Below the pieces are notes generated by a model that was not told the origin of the DNA, did no database searches, and saw nothing but the letters and a program-made list of their open reading frames with translations. A stretch of DNA of 64,000 nt from Methanobacteriota archaeon (GTDB lineage: Archaea; Thermoplasmatota; E2; DHVEG-1). Numbering within the stretch: position 1 is the stretch's first letter; the number at the start of each line of letters is the position of its first letter. The stretch lies in NCBI GenBank assembly GCA_903877165.1, contig CAIRCU010000024.1:4688-68687 (forward strand), given 5' to 3'. The translations under genes were made by a program, and so were the position numbers. Shown one piece after another: positions 19,418 to 29,684 of the stretch.

Positions 19418-19761
19418 GGTGCACTTTCCTCCTAGTTGTCTTGATGCTCGAATCGTAACCAAGTATTTCAATATTTCTAATCGCCGAGTTCTTCTCGATG
19501 AACCACGGGATTTTTTCTCTGAGATTCTCCGAGAATCATACTTCAATCGAAACGTTTTTCTTTTATGCGGCCACGTGGCGATGTCTGAGACGGTCCATGG
19601 CTGCGATCTTCTCGTTGAATAGTTTCAACGACCCCCATAGCGAATTAAAAAATGATGCAGTGCTGATGCTCACAAACAATGACGGGGGCAACGCAAAAAT
19701 CCCGGTCTAGACGTTAGCATGTAATTGGAAAACATGCCTCATCGTTTGGAAAAAAACGCAA

Positions 19762-19817
19762 TGTATAAAAAACCGTCACGCATACTACATGCGGTAGAAA
19801 AATAATCGTTTTCTACC
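19762..19817 (+). promoter_or_regulatory. Putative nrdR promoter: TATA-like box (TGTATAAAAAA) followed by two inverted repeats, CGCAT-N5-ATGCG and GGTAGAAAA-N7-TTTTCTACC, over the expected transcription start
   Basis: Seen directly at 19762-19772, 19779-19793 and 19793-19817. Lies 25-80 nt upstream of the nrdR ATG. Confidence 0.35.
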
Positions 19818-19841
19818 ATATCTTGTGGTGAGTGAGGATGG

Positions 19842-20291
19842 ATGAACTGCCCCTACTGTAACGCTCCAGAGACGAAAGTCACGGACTCTCGCGACACCGG
19901 CAAATACATCATCAGACGCCGCCGCGAATGCCTCCACTGCCAACGCCGCTTCACCACCTACGAGTCCATCGAAATGGAACCACTCTACGTCATCAAAAAG
20001 GACGGCAGGAAACAAAAATACGACCGCACCAAGATCAAAACAGGGATGCAAAAAGCCTTGGAAAAACGCCCGGTCACCGCAGAACAGCTCGAAGCAGCCC
20101 TCGACTGCATCGAAGAGAAAATACGGCGCAGCGGCCTCGAAGAGATCCCCAGCTCCACTATCGGCGAATACGTCATGGACTGCCTCAAAGACCTCGATCC
20201 GGTCGCCTACATCCGCTTCGCCTCCGTCTACCGGTCCTTCACGGACATCACCCATTTCGAAAAAGAGGTTAAGAATCTCACCAACCCATAA
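19842..20291 (+). CDS. nrdR: Transcriptional repressor NrdR (Zn-ribbon + ATP-cone)
   Basis: MNCPYCNAPETKVTDSRD…CLHCQRRFTTYE, followed by an ATP-cone. Confidence 0.9.
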   Translation: MNCPYCNAPETKVTDSRDTGKYIIRRRRECLHCQRRFTTYESIEMEPLYVIKKDGRKQKYDRTKIKTGMQKALEKRPVTAEQLEAALDCIEEKIRRSGLEEIPSSTIGEYVMDCLKDLDPVAYIRFASVYRSFTDITHFEKEVKNLTNP

Positions 20292-20314
20292 AAAATGGAG
20301 GAGATGGAACACCC

Positions 20315-22459
20315 ATGATCCGAAAAATTCGCAAACGAGACGGCACCGTCGTCGACTTCAACCCCGTCAAGATTACCGAAGCCATCTGGAAAGCAGCCCA
20401 GGCTGTCGGCGGTAAAGACTACAAGAGAGCAGCGGAACTCACCGACACCGTCATCCAGATACTGGAAAAAGAACTCAAACGCGGCGAGATCCCCACCATC
20501 GAACAGGTCCAAGACAACGTCGAGAAAGTACTCATCGAAGACGGCCACGCCAAGACCGCCAAAGCCTACATCCTCTACCGCAAACAGCACCAGGACATGC
20601 GCGAGATCGGCGGCCTGCTCAAAGACATCGACGTCGTCGACGACTACCTCGGGATGCTTGACTGGAAGGTCAACGAAAACAGCAACATGAGCTACTCACT
20701 CCAGGGCCTCAACGTCTACGCCACCGAAAGCATCATCTCACATTACTGGCTGAACAAGATTTATCCGCCAGAGATAGGCGATGCGCACACCAAAGGGGAC
20801 TACCACATCCATGATCTCGGCACCCTCGGGGCGTACTGTGTCGGTTGGGATTTGAAGGATCTATTGCTGCTAGGTTTCCGTGGAGTGTCCGGAAAGATTG
20901 AAAGCAAACCCGCCAAGCACTTCAGCACCGCACTCATGCATATCGTCAACTACCTCTACACCTTGCAAGGCGAGGCCGCCGGCGCACAGGCGCTGTCGAA
21001 CTTCGATTCGCTGCTCGCCCCCTTCGTCGCCAAAGACCAACTCAACTACGACAGCATCAAACAGGAGATGCAGAAGTTCATGTTCAACATGAACGTCCCC
21101 ACCAGGGTCGGGTTCCAAAGCCCGTTCACCAACATCACCATGGACCTCACCACCCCTGAATATCTTGTCGAAGAACCGGCGATCGTCGGCGGACTGCTGA
21201 CTGATAATAACTACAGCGAATACACCGGCGAAATGGACATGATTAACCGCGCCTTCGCCGAGATCATGTACGAGGGCGACGCGAAAGGACGCCCCTTCAC
21301 CTTCCCGATTCCCACCTATAACATCACCAAGGATTTCAACTGGGAAAACGACGGCCTCTCATCGCTGTGGGACATGACGGCGAAGTACGGAATCCCGTAC
21401 TTCAGCAACTTCATCAACAGCGACATGAAACCTGATGATGCGCGGAGTATGTGCTGCAGGCTACGCTTAGACAACCGGGAGCTTCGGAAGCGCGGCGGCG
21501 GCCTGTTCGGTGCGAATCCCAAGACCGGCTCCATCGGCGTCGTGACGTTGAACATGCCACGGATCGGGCACCTGGCAAAGAACGAGGCCGACTTCTTCGA
21601 ACGCCTCGACAAGATAATGATGCTGGCGCGGCAAAGCCTGGAGATCAAACGCGACCTCATCGAGAACCTGACGGACAGCGGGCTGCATCCGTACTCGCGG
21701 TTCTACCTCTCCGACGTCAAGAAGACGTTCGGGGAATATTGGAAGAACCACTTTTCCACCATCGGCCTCATTGGCATGAACGATGCCCTGCTGAACTTCA
21801 TGAACACGAGTATCGCCACCAAGGAAGGAAAGGCGTTCGCGGAGAAGGTTCTGGATCACATGCGGAAGCGGATTGCGGATTACCAGGAGGAAACGGGGAA
21901 TATCTACAACCTCGAGGCGACACCCGGCGAGGGAACGAGCTACCGTCTCTCCAGAATCGACCGTAAGACCTACCCGGATATGCGCATCTACAACCAGGAG
22001 GTCTACACGCAGAACCGCGGCCGTGACGTCGAGCCGTACTATACGAACTCGACGCAGCTGCCGGTCGGGTACACGACCGACGTCTTCGAGGCCCTGGAAC
22101 TCCAGGACACGTTGCAGACGAAGTACACCGGCGGTACCGTCCTGCACATCTTCGTCGGCGAGGAAGATCCCTCCCCGACCGCGGTCAAGAAACTGGTCCG
22201 TACCGTCGCAGAGAACTACACACTGCCGTACTATACGATTACGCCGACGTTCAGCGTCTGCCCGGATCACGGCTACATCTCAGGGGAGCATCAGCAGTGC
22301 CCTCGGTGTCAGGCGGAGCAGAAGACGACGCAGTGCGAGGTCTACTCGCGTGTCGTCGGCTACATCCGGCCGGTGAACCAATGGAACAAAGGCAAGCAGC
22401 AGGAGTTCAAGGACCGTCGGACCTTCACCCTCCGGGAGAAGGTCCTTGTCCCGGCATGA
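20315..22459 (+). CDS. nrdD: Anaerobic ribonucleoside-triphosphate reductase (class III)
   Basis: 714 aa. C-terminal Zn site CPDHGY…CPRCQ and glycyl-radical region SRVVGYIRP. ATP-cone-like N-terminus. GGAGG RBS. Confidence 0.95.
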   Translation: MIRKIRKRDGTVVDFNPVKITEAIWKAAQAVGGKDYKRAAELTDTVIQILEKELKRGEIPTIEQVQDNVEKVLIEDGHAKTAKAYILYRKQHQDMREIGGLLKDIDVVDDYLGMLDWKVNENSNMSYSLQGLNVYATESIISHYWLNKIYPPEIGDAHTKGDYHIHDLGTLGAYCVGWDLKDLLLLGFRGVSGKIESKPAKHFSTALMHIVNYLYTLQGEAAGAQALSNFDSLLAPFVAKDQLNYDSIKQEMQKFMFNMNVPTRVGFQSPFTNITMDLTTPEYLVEEPAIVGGLLTDNNYSEYTGEMDMINRAFAEIMYEGDAKGRPFTFPIPTYNITKDFNWENDGLSSLWDMTAKYGIPYFSNFINSDMKPDDARSMCCRLRLDNRELRKRGGGLFGANPKTGSIGVVTLNMPRIGHLAKNEADFFERLDKIMMLARQSLEIKRDLIENLTDSGLHPYSRFYLSDVKKTFGEYWKNHFSTIGLIGMNDALLNFMNTSIATKEGKAFAEKVLDHMRKRIADYQEETGNIYNLEATPGEGTSYRLSRIDRKTYPDMRIYNQEVYTQNRGRDVEPYYTNSTQLPVGYTTDVFEALELQDTLQTKYTGGTVLHIFVGEEDPSPTAVKKLVRTVAENYTLPYYTITPTFSVCPDHGYISGEHQQCPRCQAEQKTTQCEVYSRVVGYIRPVNQWNKGKQQEFKDRRTFTLREKVLVPA

Positions 22460-23151
22460 TGCAGATCGCTGGGTTCCAAGAGACGTCGCTTCTGGATTAC
22501 CCTGACCATATCAGCGCCATCGTCTGGACGCAAGGCTGTCCCTTCCGCTGTCCGTACTGCTACAACAAGGACATCGTTCTTGAGACTCGGGCGTTGATCC
22601 CCGCGGAGGATATCCTATCGTTCCTTCAGCGACGGTGCGGTCGTCTCGAGGCGGTCGTGGTGAGCGGCGGTGAGCCGCTCATGCAGGACGGTCTCGGAGG
22701 GTTCCTTCGTGCGGTGAAGGCGCTGGGGTTTCTGGTGAAGGTGGATACGAACGGGATGTTCCCGGAGCGGCTTGAGGCGTTGTTGGATGAGGATGTAGTG
22801 GATTACGTAGCGATGGATGTGAAGGCGCCGCGTGAGAAGTACGGGGTGGCGGCGGGCGTCCAGGTCCCGATTGAACGCATTGAGCGGTCGGTTCGGCTGA
22901 TTCGTGAGCGTGCGCCTGCGTATGAGTTTCGCACGACCGTGGTCCCCGGGGTGTTGTCCAAGGAGGATGTCGTAGCGATCGGTCGGTGGCTGCAGGGGTC
23001 TGCGTGTTTCTATCTGCAGCAGTTCAAGCCGATGAGCTCGCTAATGGATGCGTCGTTTGGGCAGGTGACTCCCTATACGAAGGAGCTTCTTTTGGAGATG
23101 GTGGCTGCGGTCCGGCCATTTTTCGTGAAGTGTGGACTGCGAGGCGTATGA
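22456..23151 (+). CDS. nrdG: Anaerobic RNR activating protein (radical SAM)
   Basis: CPFRCPYCYN radical-SAM cluster motif. Start overlaps the nrdD stop (ATGATGA). Confidence 0.9.
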   Translation: MMQIAGFQETSLLDYPDHISAIVWTQGCPFRCPYCYNKDIVLETRALIPAEDILSFLQRRCGRLEAVVVSGGEPLMQDGLGGFLRAVKALGFLVKVDTNGMFPERLEALLDEDVVDYVAMDVKAPREKYGVAAGVQVPIERIERSVRLIRERAPAYEFRTTVVPGVLSKEDVVAIGRWLQGSACFYLQQFKPMSSLMDASFGQVTPYTKELLLEMVAAVRPFFVKCGLRGV

Positions 23152-23218
23152 GTGGTGTGGCCTGTTTTCACCGTCGTGGATGAGAAGTTATAAGAAAAGT
23201 CTGGGTATTGGGTGGGGT

Positions 23219-24139
23219 ATGGACTACGAGTTGGCGATTGTCGGGGCTGGTCCCGCAGGATATTCCGCTGCGATTTATGCGGTGCGTTCTGGGTTGAAGG
23301 CCGCGTTGTTCGACCGTGGTGACGGCGGTGGCCGTGCGGTGCTGTCGCCGAGTGTGGAGAACTATGCGGGTTTTGAGTCGATCCCCGGTGCGGAATTGAT
23401 GGAGAAAATCAAGCATCATGCGGGGCGGTACATCCAGCCGCATCTCTACGAGGAGGTGACTGGAGTCGCGAAGTCTGGGTCCGGGTTTTCGCTGTCGACG
23501 TCGAAGGGGAAGTACTCGGTTGGTGCGGTGCTGTTCTGTACGGGGACGGAGCATAAGACCATGGACATCCCTGGCGAGAAGGAGTTCCTTGGGAAGGGGG
23601 TGTCGTATTGTGCGACCTGCGATGGATTCTTCTTCCGAGGCAAGACGGTCGCTGTGGTCGGTGGCGGCAGTACCGCGGTGATGGAGGCTGTGTTCCTCAA
23701 GCAGATCGGGTGCAAGGATGTTTTTTTAGTGCATCGTCGCAGTCAGTTGCGGGCGGAGAAGGTGTATGAGGTGGAGGCGCGGGAGCGGCAGGTCAAGGTC
23801 CTGTTGAATAAGGAGGTGGATCGGATTTCCGGTGATACGGTCGTGCGTGCGCTTGAGCTGCGTGATGCGCAGACCCGGCAGGCGTCGCGGCTCGCGGTCG
23901 ACGGCGTGTTCATCTCGATCGGGTGGGTCCCGCAGAACGATCTGTTGAAAAAATTGGGTGTCGAGCTGGATGCGGAGGGGTACGTGGTCGTGAACCGGTT
24001 CGGCTGTACGAGCATCCCGGGTGTGTACGCGGCTGGGGATCTGACTGGTGGCGTGCGGCAGATTGTGACTGCGTGTGCGTCAGGTGCTGTGGCGGCGGTG
24101 TCGTCGCTTGAGGCGCTGGGGAAGAAGTACCCGTTCTAG
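23219..24139 (+). CDS. trxB: Thioredoxin-disulfide reductase
   Basis: FAD site AIVGAGPAGYSAAIYA. Redox-active CATCDG. NAD(P) site VVGGGSTAV. ATG at 23219 after GGGTGGGG. Confidence 0.9.
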   Translation: MDYELAIVGAGPAGYSAAIYAVRSGLKAALFDRGDGGGRAVLSPSVENYAGFESIPGAELMEKIKHHAGRYIQPHLYEEVTGVAKSGSGFSLSTSKGKYSVGAVLFCTGTEHKTMDIPGEKEFLGKGVSYCATCDGFFFRGKTVAVVGGGSTAVMEAVFLKQIGCKDVFLVHRRSQLRAEKVYEVEARERQVKVLLNKEVDRISGDTVVRALELRDAQTRQASRLAVDGVFISIGWVPQNDLLKKLGVELDAEGYVVVNRFGCTSIPGVYAAGDLTGGVRQIVTACASGAVAAVSSLEALGKKYPF

Positions 24140-24573
24140 AGTTGTGGGATATCGTCGATTGTGTTGTTTCTCAGGAGCCGTAGGAGGGTGTCTGCCGCGG
24201 CTTTTGCCTCCTGGCTGAGTGGTCCATGCAGGGTTTTAGGCTGGATGCCGATCATGGTGATGTCCGGGATGGTGGGGATGAGGTAGTCGATGAGCAGGCT
24301 GAGAGGCAGGCCGTGGGTGCTGACGCTGAAGCTCTGGATATTGCCTGGAGGGATGCGTCTGAGCGTCCCTGGGGGAAGGTCCATGGCGGCCGCGTCAATA
24401 AGGATGAGGCGGGTGGGGTTGTGGCGTTTGATTGCAGCGGTGCTGTTTTCCGGAGTGACTCCGGCGTCGAGGAACACGGTGTCCGGGATAGGTGGTGCGT
24501 GGTCCGCGATCCAGGGGCCGATGCCGTCGTCGCCGTTGCCGCGGTTGCCGATGCATAACACAAGCGTGGTCAT
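24136..24573 (-). CDS. hycI: Hydrogenase maturation endopeptidase (HycI/HyaD family)
   Basis: LVLCIGNRGNGDDGIG motif typical of hydrogenase maturation proteases. Confidence 0.8.
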   Translation of the reverse strand: MTTLVLCIGNRGNGDDGIGPWIADHAPPIPDTVFLDAGVTPENSTAAIKRHNPTRLILIDAAAMDLPPGTLRRIPPGNIQSFSVSTHGLPLSLLIDYLIPTIPDITMIGIQPKTLHGPLSQEAKAAADTLLRLLRNNTIDDIPQL

Positions 24574-24842
24574 GGTCGCTGCCCTGGTGTGCTGTTGTAG
24601 ATGAGGCGCTGTATGGTGAGGATGGACCAGACGACTGCGTTGCCCAGGGTGGAGACCATGCTCCAGAACAGGCCGAGGGTGTAGAAGACCGCGGCCATGA
24701 GGATGAGGAGGAGGGCGGTGCTGAGGTACATGATGAGGGATTGTCCCGTGGTGTTCTTAGTCCTGTGATTGAGGATGAGGGCGGGAAGTACCGTTGCGAT
24801 GAAGACGAAGTTGATGAGGGTAAGCGCGGTGTCTTGCCACAT
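24570..24842 (-). CDS. Small membrane protein (3 TM), co-transcribed with hycI
   Basis: 90 aa, hydrophobic. 4-nt overlap with hycI. Confidence 0.45.
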   Translation of the reverse strand: MWQDTALTLINFVFIATVLPALILNHRTKNTTGQSLIMYLSTALLLILMAAVFYTLGLFWSMVSTLGNAVVWSILTIQRLIYNSTPGQRP

Positions 24843-24967
24843 GGTCGGGGGAGGTATAACATGGGATACTTAAAGAGGTCTTCCCGGTGGTGGACCAGAG
24901 GGTATAAATAAATTCAGTGTATGGCGTACTGAAGTTTTCCGTCTTGGTTTGCGGGGAGCGTTGGTGT

Positions 24968-26020
24968 ATGCCGAAGACGATTTCCTTGGCGCATGGCGCG
25001 GGCGGATCCATGATGGATGCGCTGATTAAAGAGCATATCATGAGGCATTTTTCGTTTCAGGGTCGTGCCGAGGTGCCGCTGCAGATGCTGGATGACGCCG
25101 CGGTGATCGATGACGTCGTGTTGTCGACAGACTCGCATACGGTCTCTCCATTGATTTTCCCCGGTGGGGATATCGGGTCGCTTGCGGTCTGCGGGACGAT
25201 CAACGATGTGTCCATGGTGGGTGCCCGGCCGCTGGCGCTCTCCGCGGGGTTCATCCTTGAGGAAGGGTTCTCGGTGGATACTATGGAGGTGATCGTGCGG
25301 TCTATGGCCCGGGTCGCGAAATCCGCTGGCGTACCGATCATCACAGGCGATACGAAGGTCGTTGAGCGTGGCGCGGTGCAGCAGTTCATGGTGAACACGA
25401 GCGGGGTGGGGAAGCGGCGTCCTGAGCTGGACCGAAACCTCAAGGAGGTGGAGCGGTATCGGCCGGTGAAGTACCGGTGGCTGTTGGATGCGAATCTGAA
25501 GCCCGGGGATGTGCTGATCGCATCCGGTCTGCTCGGTGAGCATGGGATTGCTCTGTTGTCGTTTCGTGAGGGATACGGGTTTGAGACCCGGGTGAAGTCC
25601 GATGTCGCGGCGTTGAACGGACTGATGGGCAGCGTGCTTGCCGCGGGCGGCGTCGTGACCGCGAAGGACCCGACACGCGGGGGCCTGGCGAACACGGTCA
25701 ACGAGTTCGCGGAGAAATCCCGGGTTGGAGTCCTGCTCGATGAGGCATCGATCCCGATCTCTGAGGGAGTGCGGGCTGCATGTGAGCTGCTGGGGATTGA
25801 CCCGCTGGAGATTGGCAACGAAGGCAAGGTAATCCTCGGAGTGGTGAAGGAGAAGGCGGATGAGGTGCTGGGAGTATTGCATCGGCATCCATTGGGCCGG
25901 CGTGCGGCGATCATCGGGGAGATCACGAGCCAGGTGAAGGGCGTGGTGTTGGAGACGGAGGTTGGGGGTCGTCGAATCCTGCAGAAACCGCTGGGTGATC
26001 CGATCCCGAGGATCTGTTAG
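24968..26020 (+). CDS. hypE: Hydrogenase maturation factor HypE
   Basis: AIR-synthase-related fold (ISLAHGAGG…). Track start 24917 is GTG; ATG at 24968 after GGGGAG. Confidence 0.9.
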   Translation: MPKTISLAHGAGGSMMDALIKEHIMRHFSFQGRAEVPLQMLDDAAVIDDVVLSTDSHTVSPLIFPGGDIGSLAVCGTINDVSMVGARPLALSAGFILEEGFSVDTMEVIVRSMARVAKSAGVPIITGDTKVVERGAVQQFMVNTSGVGKRRPELDRNLKEVERYRPVKYRWLLDANLKPGDVLIASGLLGEHGIALLSFREGYGFETRVKSDVAALNGLMGSVLAAGGVVTAKDPTRGGLANTVNEFAEKSRVGVLLDEASIPISEGVRAACELLGIDPLEIGNEGKVILGVVKEKADEVLGVLHRHPLGRRAAIIGEITSQVKGVVLETEVGGRRILQKPLGDPIPRIC

Positions 26021-26037
26021 GTTTTTTAGGTTCGCGT

Positions 26038-28248
26038 ATGGTGAAGAAGACTGCGGAGAAGCTGATCCTGAAGGGCGTCGTGCAGGGAGTCGGGTTCCGG
26101 CCGACAGTGTACCGCGTGGCTTCCATGCTTGGACTGCACGGGTATGTGGTGAACACGGGCTCGGAGGTCGAAGTGGTCGTCGACCGGGATGCAGACCGGT
26201 TCCTCTCTGAGCTGCGCCGCGAGCTTCCATCGATTGCGGTGATCCTTGAGGTTCGCCGGCAGCCGGATACGCGATCGTTTACGGATTTCCGGATTCTTCA
26301 TAGCAAGTCCGGGGAGAAGGACTCGTTGATCCCGGCGGATACCGCTATCTGCCCGGATTGTCTGCGGGACCTAGGCGATGCGTCGAACCGGCGGTTCGGG
26401 TACCCGTTCACGAATTGCACAGTCTGCGGCGCACGCTACAGCATCGTGACGGGCGTGCCGTACGACCGGGAGCGGACGTCCATGGATCAGTTCCCGTTAT
26501 GTGTCGACTGCCGGCGGGAGTACACGGATGTTTCGGACCGGCGGTATCATGCGCAGACGATCTCCTGCCCACGATGCGGACCACGGTACACCCTCTATGA
26601 TTCCAAGAGACGAAGTCTTGGTTCACAGAAGACGGTGGAGCGGTTCACCCAGGCCCTTGAGGACGGCAGGATCGGCGTGGTGAAATCATGGGGCGGGATG
26701 CACCTGTGCTGCACGCTTGATGAGCTGCGTCGGTTCCGCACGTGGTACGGTCGCCCGCAGAAGCCGTTCGCAATCATGGTCAAAGATGCGGATGCCGCTG
26801 GGCGTTATGCCGAGATGTCCGAGGAGGAGCGTCGGCTCTTGTCCCGTGGTGCTCGACCGATCGTGGTGATGAAGAAGAAGCGAGGCGACTTGGTGGCCCC
26901 TGGTCTGGATTCGATCGGTGTGTTCCTGCCGTATACCGGTCTGCAGGTGCTGTTGTTTGCGTCGTTGAAGACGGATGTGTTGGTGATGACGTCCGCGAAC
27001 TTCCCCGGTGAGCCGATGATTGTTGAGAACGAGAAGGCGTTCTCTCTTGGGGCGGATGTGTATCTGCTGCATAACCGTCGGATTCCGAATCGGGTTGATG
27101 ATTCCGTGGTGCGGCTCTGGAAGGGCCATCGGTTCTTCTTACGCAAGTCACGGGGATTCGTCCCGGATGTGCTCCCGGTGCCGTACTCAAAGAAAATCGT
27201 GAGTGTGGGTGCTGGGGAGAACTGCACGGGTGCGTTGTCCGTGGACGGGCGGCTCATCAGCACACAGTTCATCGGCAACATGGAGTACTATGAGGCCGCA
27301 GCGTTTCTGGAGGAGAGCCTGCGGCATCTCATGAGCCTGTTCCTCAGGCAGCCTCGGCTGGATGGCGTGGCGTTGGACCTGCATCCGGGGTACGCGTCGC
27401 GGGGTGTCGCGCAGCGGTTCGCAGACGAGTGTCATGTGCCGATGGTTGAGGTGCAGCATCATTGGGCGCATGCGGCGTCGCTGCTGATGGATTGCAGCGT
27501 CGAGCGCAGCGTCGTGCTCACCTTGGATGGTCTGGGGTATGGTGCGGATGGCACGTTCTGGGGTGGTGAGGTGCTTGACGCCGAGATGGGGAGGTACGTC
27601 CGTGTCGGTCATCTGCGTGCCTTCCCGTTGATTGGGGGTGATCAGGCGACGAAGGATCCGCGTCGGCTCGTGTTCGGCATCTTCCAGCAGTGTAACGAAG
27701 AGCGGGAGTTCTCCGGTGAGCAGGCGGCGGTGCTTCGAAAGGTCATGGAAAAATCACCGTCGACGTGCAGCCTGGGTCGGTACCTGGATGCCCTCTCGTG
27801 TTACCTGAGAATCTGTCGGACGCGGACGTACAGCGGTGAGCCGGCGATGAAGCTGGAGCCGTTCCTTGCCCAGGGAAGGCTGCGCTATGAGTTCAGCGCT
27901 CCGGTCTCCGGTGGCGTGGTGGATGCAATCGAGGTGTTTCGTCAGCTGGATGAAGCGGTCGCGGGCAAGACGCTGACTATTCGTAAGAAAGCGGATGTCG
28001 CGTACTCAGCCGTCCATGCTATTCTCATGGAGCTTGTTGGTCTGGGCGTGGAACGGGCACAGCAGGAGGGAGTCTCAACTATTGGATTGACGGGCGGCGT
28101 CTCCTATGACCTCCCCATCGTGTCGATGGTTGAACAATTTGTAAGAGAGGCAGGATTGTCGTTGCTGGTGCATGACCGGGTGCCGAACGGCGACGGCGGG
28201 ATTGCGGTCGGGCAGAACGCGGTGGCTGGCGCGAAGCTATCGGCATAA
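26038..28248 (+). CDS. hypF: Carbamoyltransferase HypF
   Basis: Acylphosphatase domain (VQGVGFRP), two CxxC…CxxC zinc fingers, and YrdC and Kae1-like domains. Confidence 0.95.
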   Translation: MVKKTAEKLILKGVVQGVGFRPTVYRVASMLGLHGYVVNTGSEVEVVVDRDADRFLSELRRELPSIAVILEVRRQPDTRSFTDFRILHSKSGEKDSLIPADTAICPDCLRDLGDASNRRFGYPFTNCTVCGARYSIVTGVPYDRERTSMDQFPLCVDCRREYTDVSDRRYHAQTISCPRCGPRYTLYDSKRRSLGSQKTVERFTQALEDGRIGVVKSWGGMHLCCTLDELRRFRTWYGRPQKPFAIMVKDADAAGRYAEMSEEERRLLSRGARPIVVMKKKRGDLVAPGLDSIGVFLPYTGLQVLLFASLKTDVLVMTSANFPGEPMIVENEKAFSLGADVYLLHNRRIPNRVDDSVVRLWKGHRFFLRKSRGFVPDVLPVPYSKKIVSVGAGENCTGALSVDGRLISTQFIGNMEYYEAAAFLEESLRHLMSLFLRQPRLDGVALDLHPGYASRGVAQRFADECHVPMVEVQHHWAHAASLLMDCSVERSVVLTLDGLGYGADGTFWGGEVLDAEMGRYVRVGHLRAFPLIGGDQATKDPRRLVFGIFQQCNEEREFSGEQAAVLRKVMEKSPSTCSLGRYLDALSCYLRICRTRTYSGEPAMKLEPFLAQGRLRYEFSAPVSGGVVDAIEVFRQLDEAVAGKTLTIRKKADVAYSAVHAILMELVGLGVERAQQEGVSTIGLTGGVSYDLPIVSMVEQFVREAGLSLLVHDRVPNGDGGIAVGQNAVAGAKLSA

Positions 28249-28275
28249 AACGGCAGTAGTTTTATCAGGGTGCAG

Positions 28276-28527
28276 ATGTTCCCAGGGGGTATGGGCCGTT
28301 ATCGGGATATCGCGGGTATCCTTGGTCTCGTCATCCTGGGGATGTTCATCCCTTTCTGCGCGTCGATTATTGTCGTGTATGGCATCTCCATCGGTCGTTT
28401 GCTGCTCGCCTTCCTCGTGTTCTTGATTGTGTTCGGACTTGAGTTAGGCACGGTGTATGTGTACTTCAAGATGAGTGGGAAGCGGTCGGCCGCTGAGGTA
28501 GAACGGCTGCGGCCGAAAAACGATTAG
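28276..28527 (+). CDS. Small membrane protein (2-3 TM), hypothetical
   Basis: Hydrophobic 84 aa. ATG at 28276 (track start is GTG). Confidence 0.35.
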   Translation: MFPGGMGRYRDIAGILGLVILGMFIPFCASIIVVYGISIGRLLLAFLVFLIVFGLELGTVYVYFKMSGKRSAAEVERLRPKND

Positions 28528-29684
28528 TCCGAGATCTTGATTTTTCGTGTGGTGCGGACGAAGGCCGCGTAGGTGACGAGCATCGCTATTGGGAAGATGA
28601 AGAGTGCGGTGAAGACGTTGAAGCCAAGTGCTACCATGACTACGGGGACGTACGCACCAAGGATCGTGGCGAGGTCGTAGCTCCATCCTAGGGTGCCGAC
28701 GATGACGCCTTTTTCTGCTGGTTCGTAGTGTTCGCTGATGCGAGTGTAGATCCAGATGTCGATGAAGCCGCCGGCGATGCCGATGAAGATGGCGACGAGG
28801 AAGTAGAGGGGGTAGAGGTTCGTGGTAACGGCGAACAGCATCGTGACTGCGGCAAGGAGGTGGAAAGTGATGCAGAGGGGCACCCAGTAGCGTCGAAGCA
28901 GCGGGGTGGAGAGCCTGCCGACGATGTAGATGGAGACCGCGAACAGCAGGGTTTCTACAATGACGACGAGGGTGGTTTTCGGTAGGGATAGCGTGGTATT
29001 CGAGGCGTTGTAGATGAGGTAGAAGATGAATGCTGAGAACATGGCGAGGTCCATGCTTTTGAACACGATGAGCGCGGGGATTTTCTTGAGATGGGAGAAG
29101 GAGAGTTTGGCGGAGATCGGGCTTTCGTAGTGTTTGGCGAACCGGAACATGAGCAGGATCCAGATGATGCCGACGCCAAGGATGAGGTAGAAGGCGGCTT
29201 TGACCGGGTACACGGTGTAGAGGATGCCAATGAGGAACAGTCCGCTGAGTCCGACGACCCATCCGAGGTTGTAGACGCCGCCGAAGGCGCCGATTTTGCG
29301 TTCTGGTTTGTCTTTGACGAGGCGCAGCGAGTAGATGAGGATGAGGATGAAGACGATGGCGCTGGCGACGCCAGAAATGATCTTGAGGATAGCGATGGTG
29401 AGGAGGTCCGTGGTCTGTCCGATGAGGAAGAGGCAGACGACGAAGACAATGCCGCCCAGCATCATGAATTTGCGTTCGCCATGGCGGTCGGTGAGCCATC
29501 CGAGGGTGGGCTTCATGATGAAGGAGGCGACATCACCGATGGACAGGAGCGTCGCGTACGTCGCGAGGGATAGCCCTAGGGATCTGAAGTAGAAGGTGGG
29601 GATGAGCATGGCGAAGGCCATCATGAGGGTCTGGAAAAATCCAAAGAGTGTTCCTGAGTAGATGCGTGCCTTGACCTCTTCCAT
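28524..29684 (-). CDS. MFS transporter
   Basis: 386 aa with about 12 TM segments and an MFS-like loop (TDRHGERK). Confidence 0.8.
   Translation of the reverse strand: MEEVKARIYSGTLFGFFQTLMMAFAMLIPTFYFRSLGLSLATYATLLSIGDVASFIMKPTLGWLTDRHGERKFMMLGGIVFVVCLFLIGQTTDLLTIAILKIISGVASAIVFILILIYSLRLVKDKPERKIGAFGGVYNLGWVVGLSGLFLIGILYTVYPVKAAFYLILGVGIIWILLMFRFAKHYESPISAKLSFSHLKKIPALIVFKSMDLAMFSAFIFYLIYNASNTTLSLPKTTLVVIVETLLFAVSIYIVGRLSTPLLRRYWVPLCITFHLLAAVTMLFAVTTNLYPLYFLVAIFIGIAGGFIDIWIYTRISEHYEPAEKGVIVGTLGWSYDLATILGAYVPVVMVALGFNVFTALFIFPIAMLVTYAAFVRTTRKIKISD

Noticed and set aside
19498-19710. 70-aa ORF upstream of nrdR
   Set aside because: No RBS, no motifs, and it lies in the nrdR promoter/intergenic region. 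Likely spurious.
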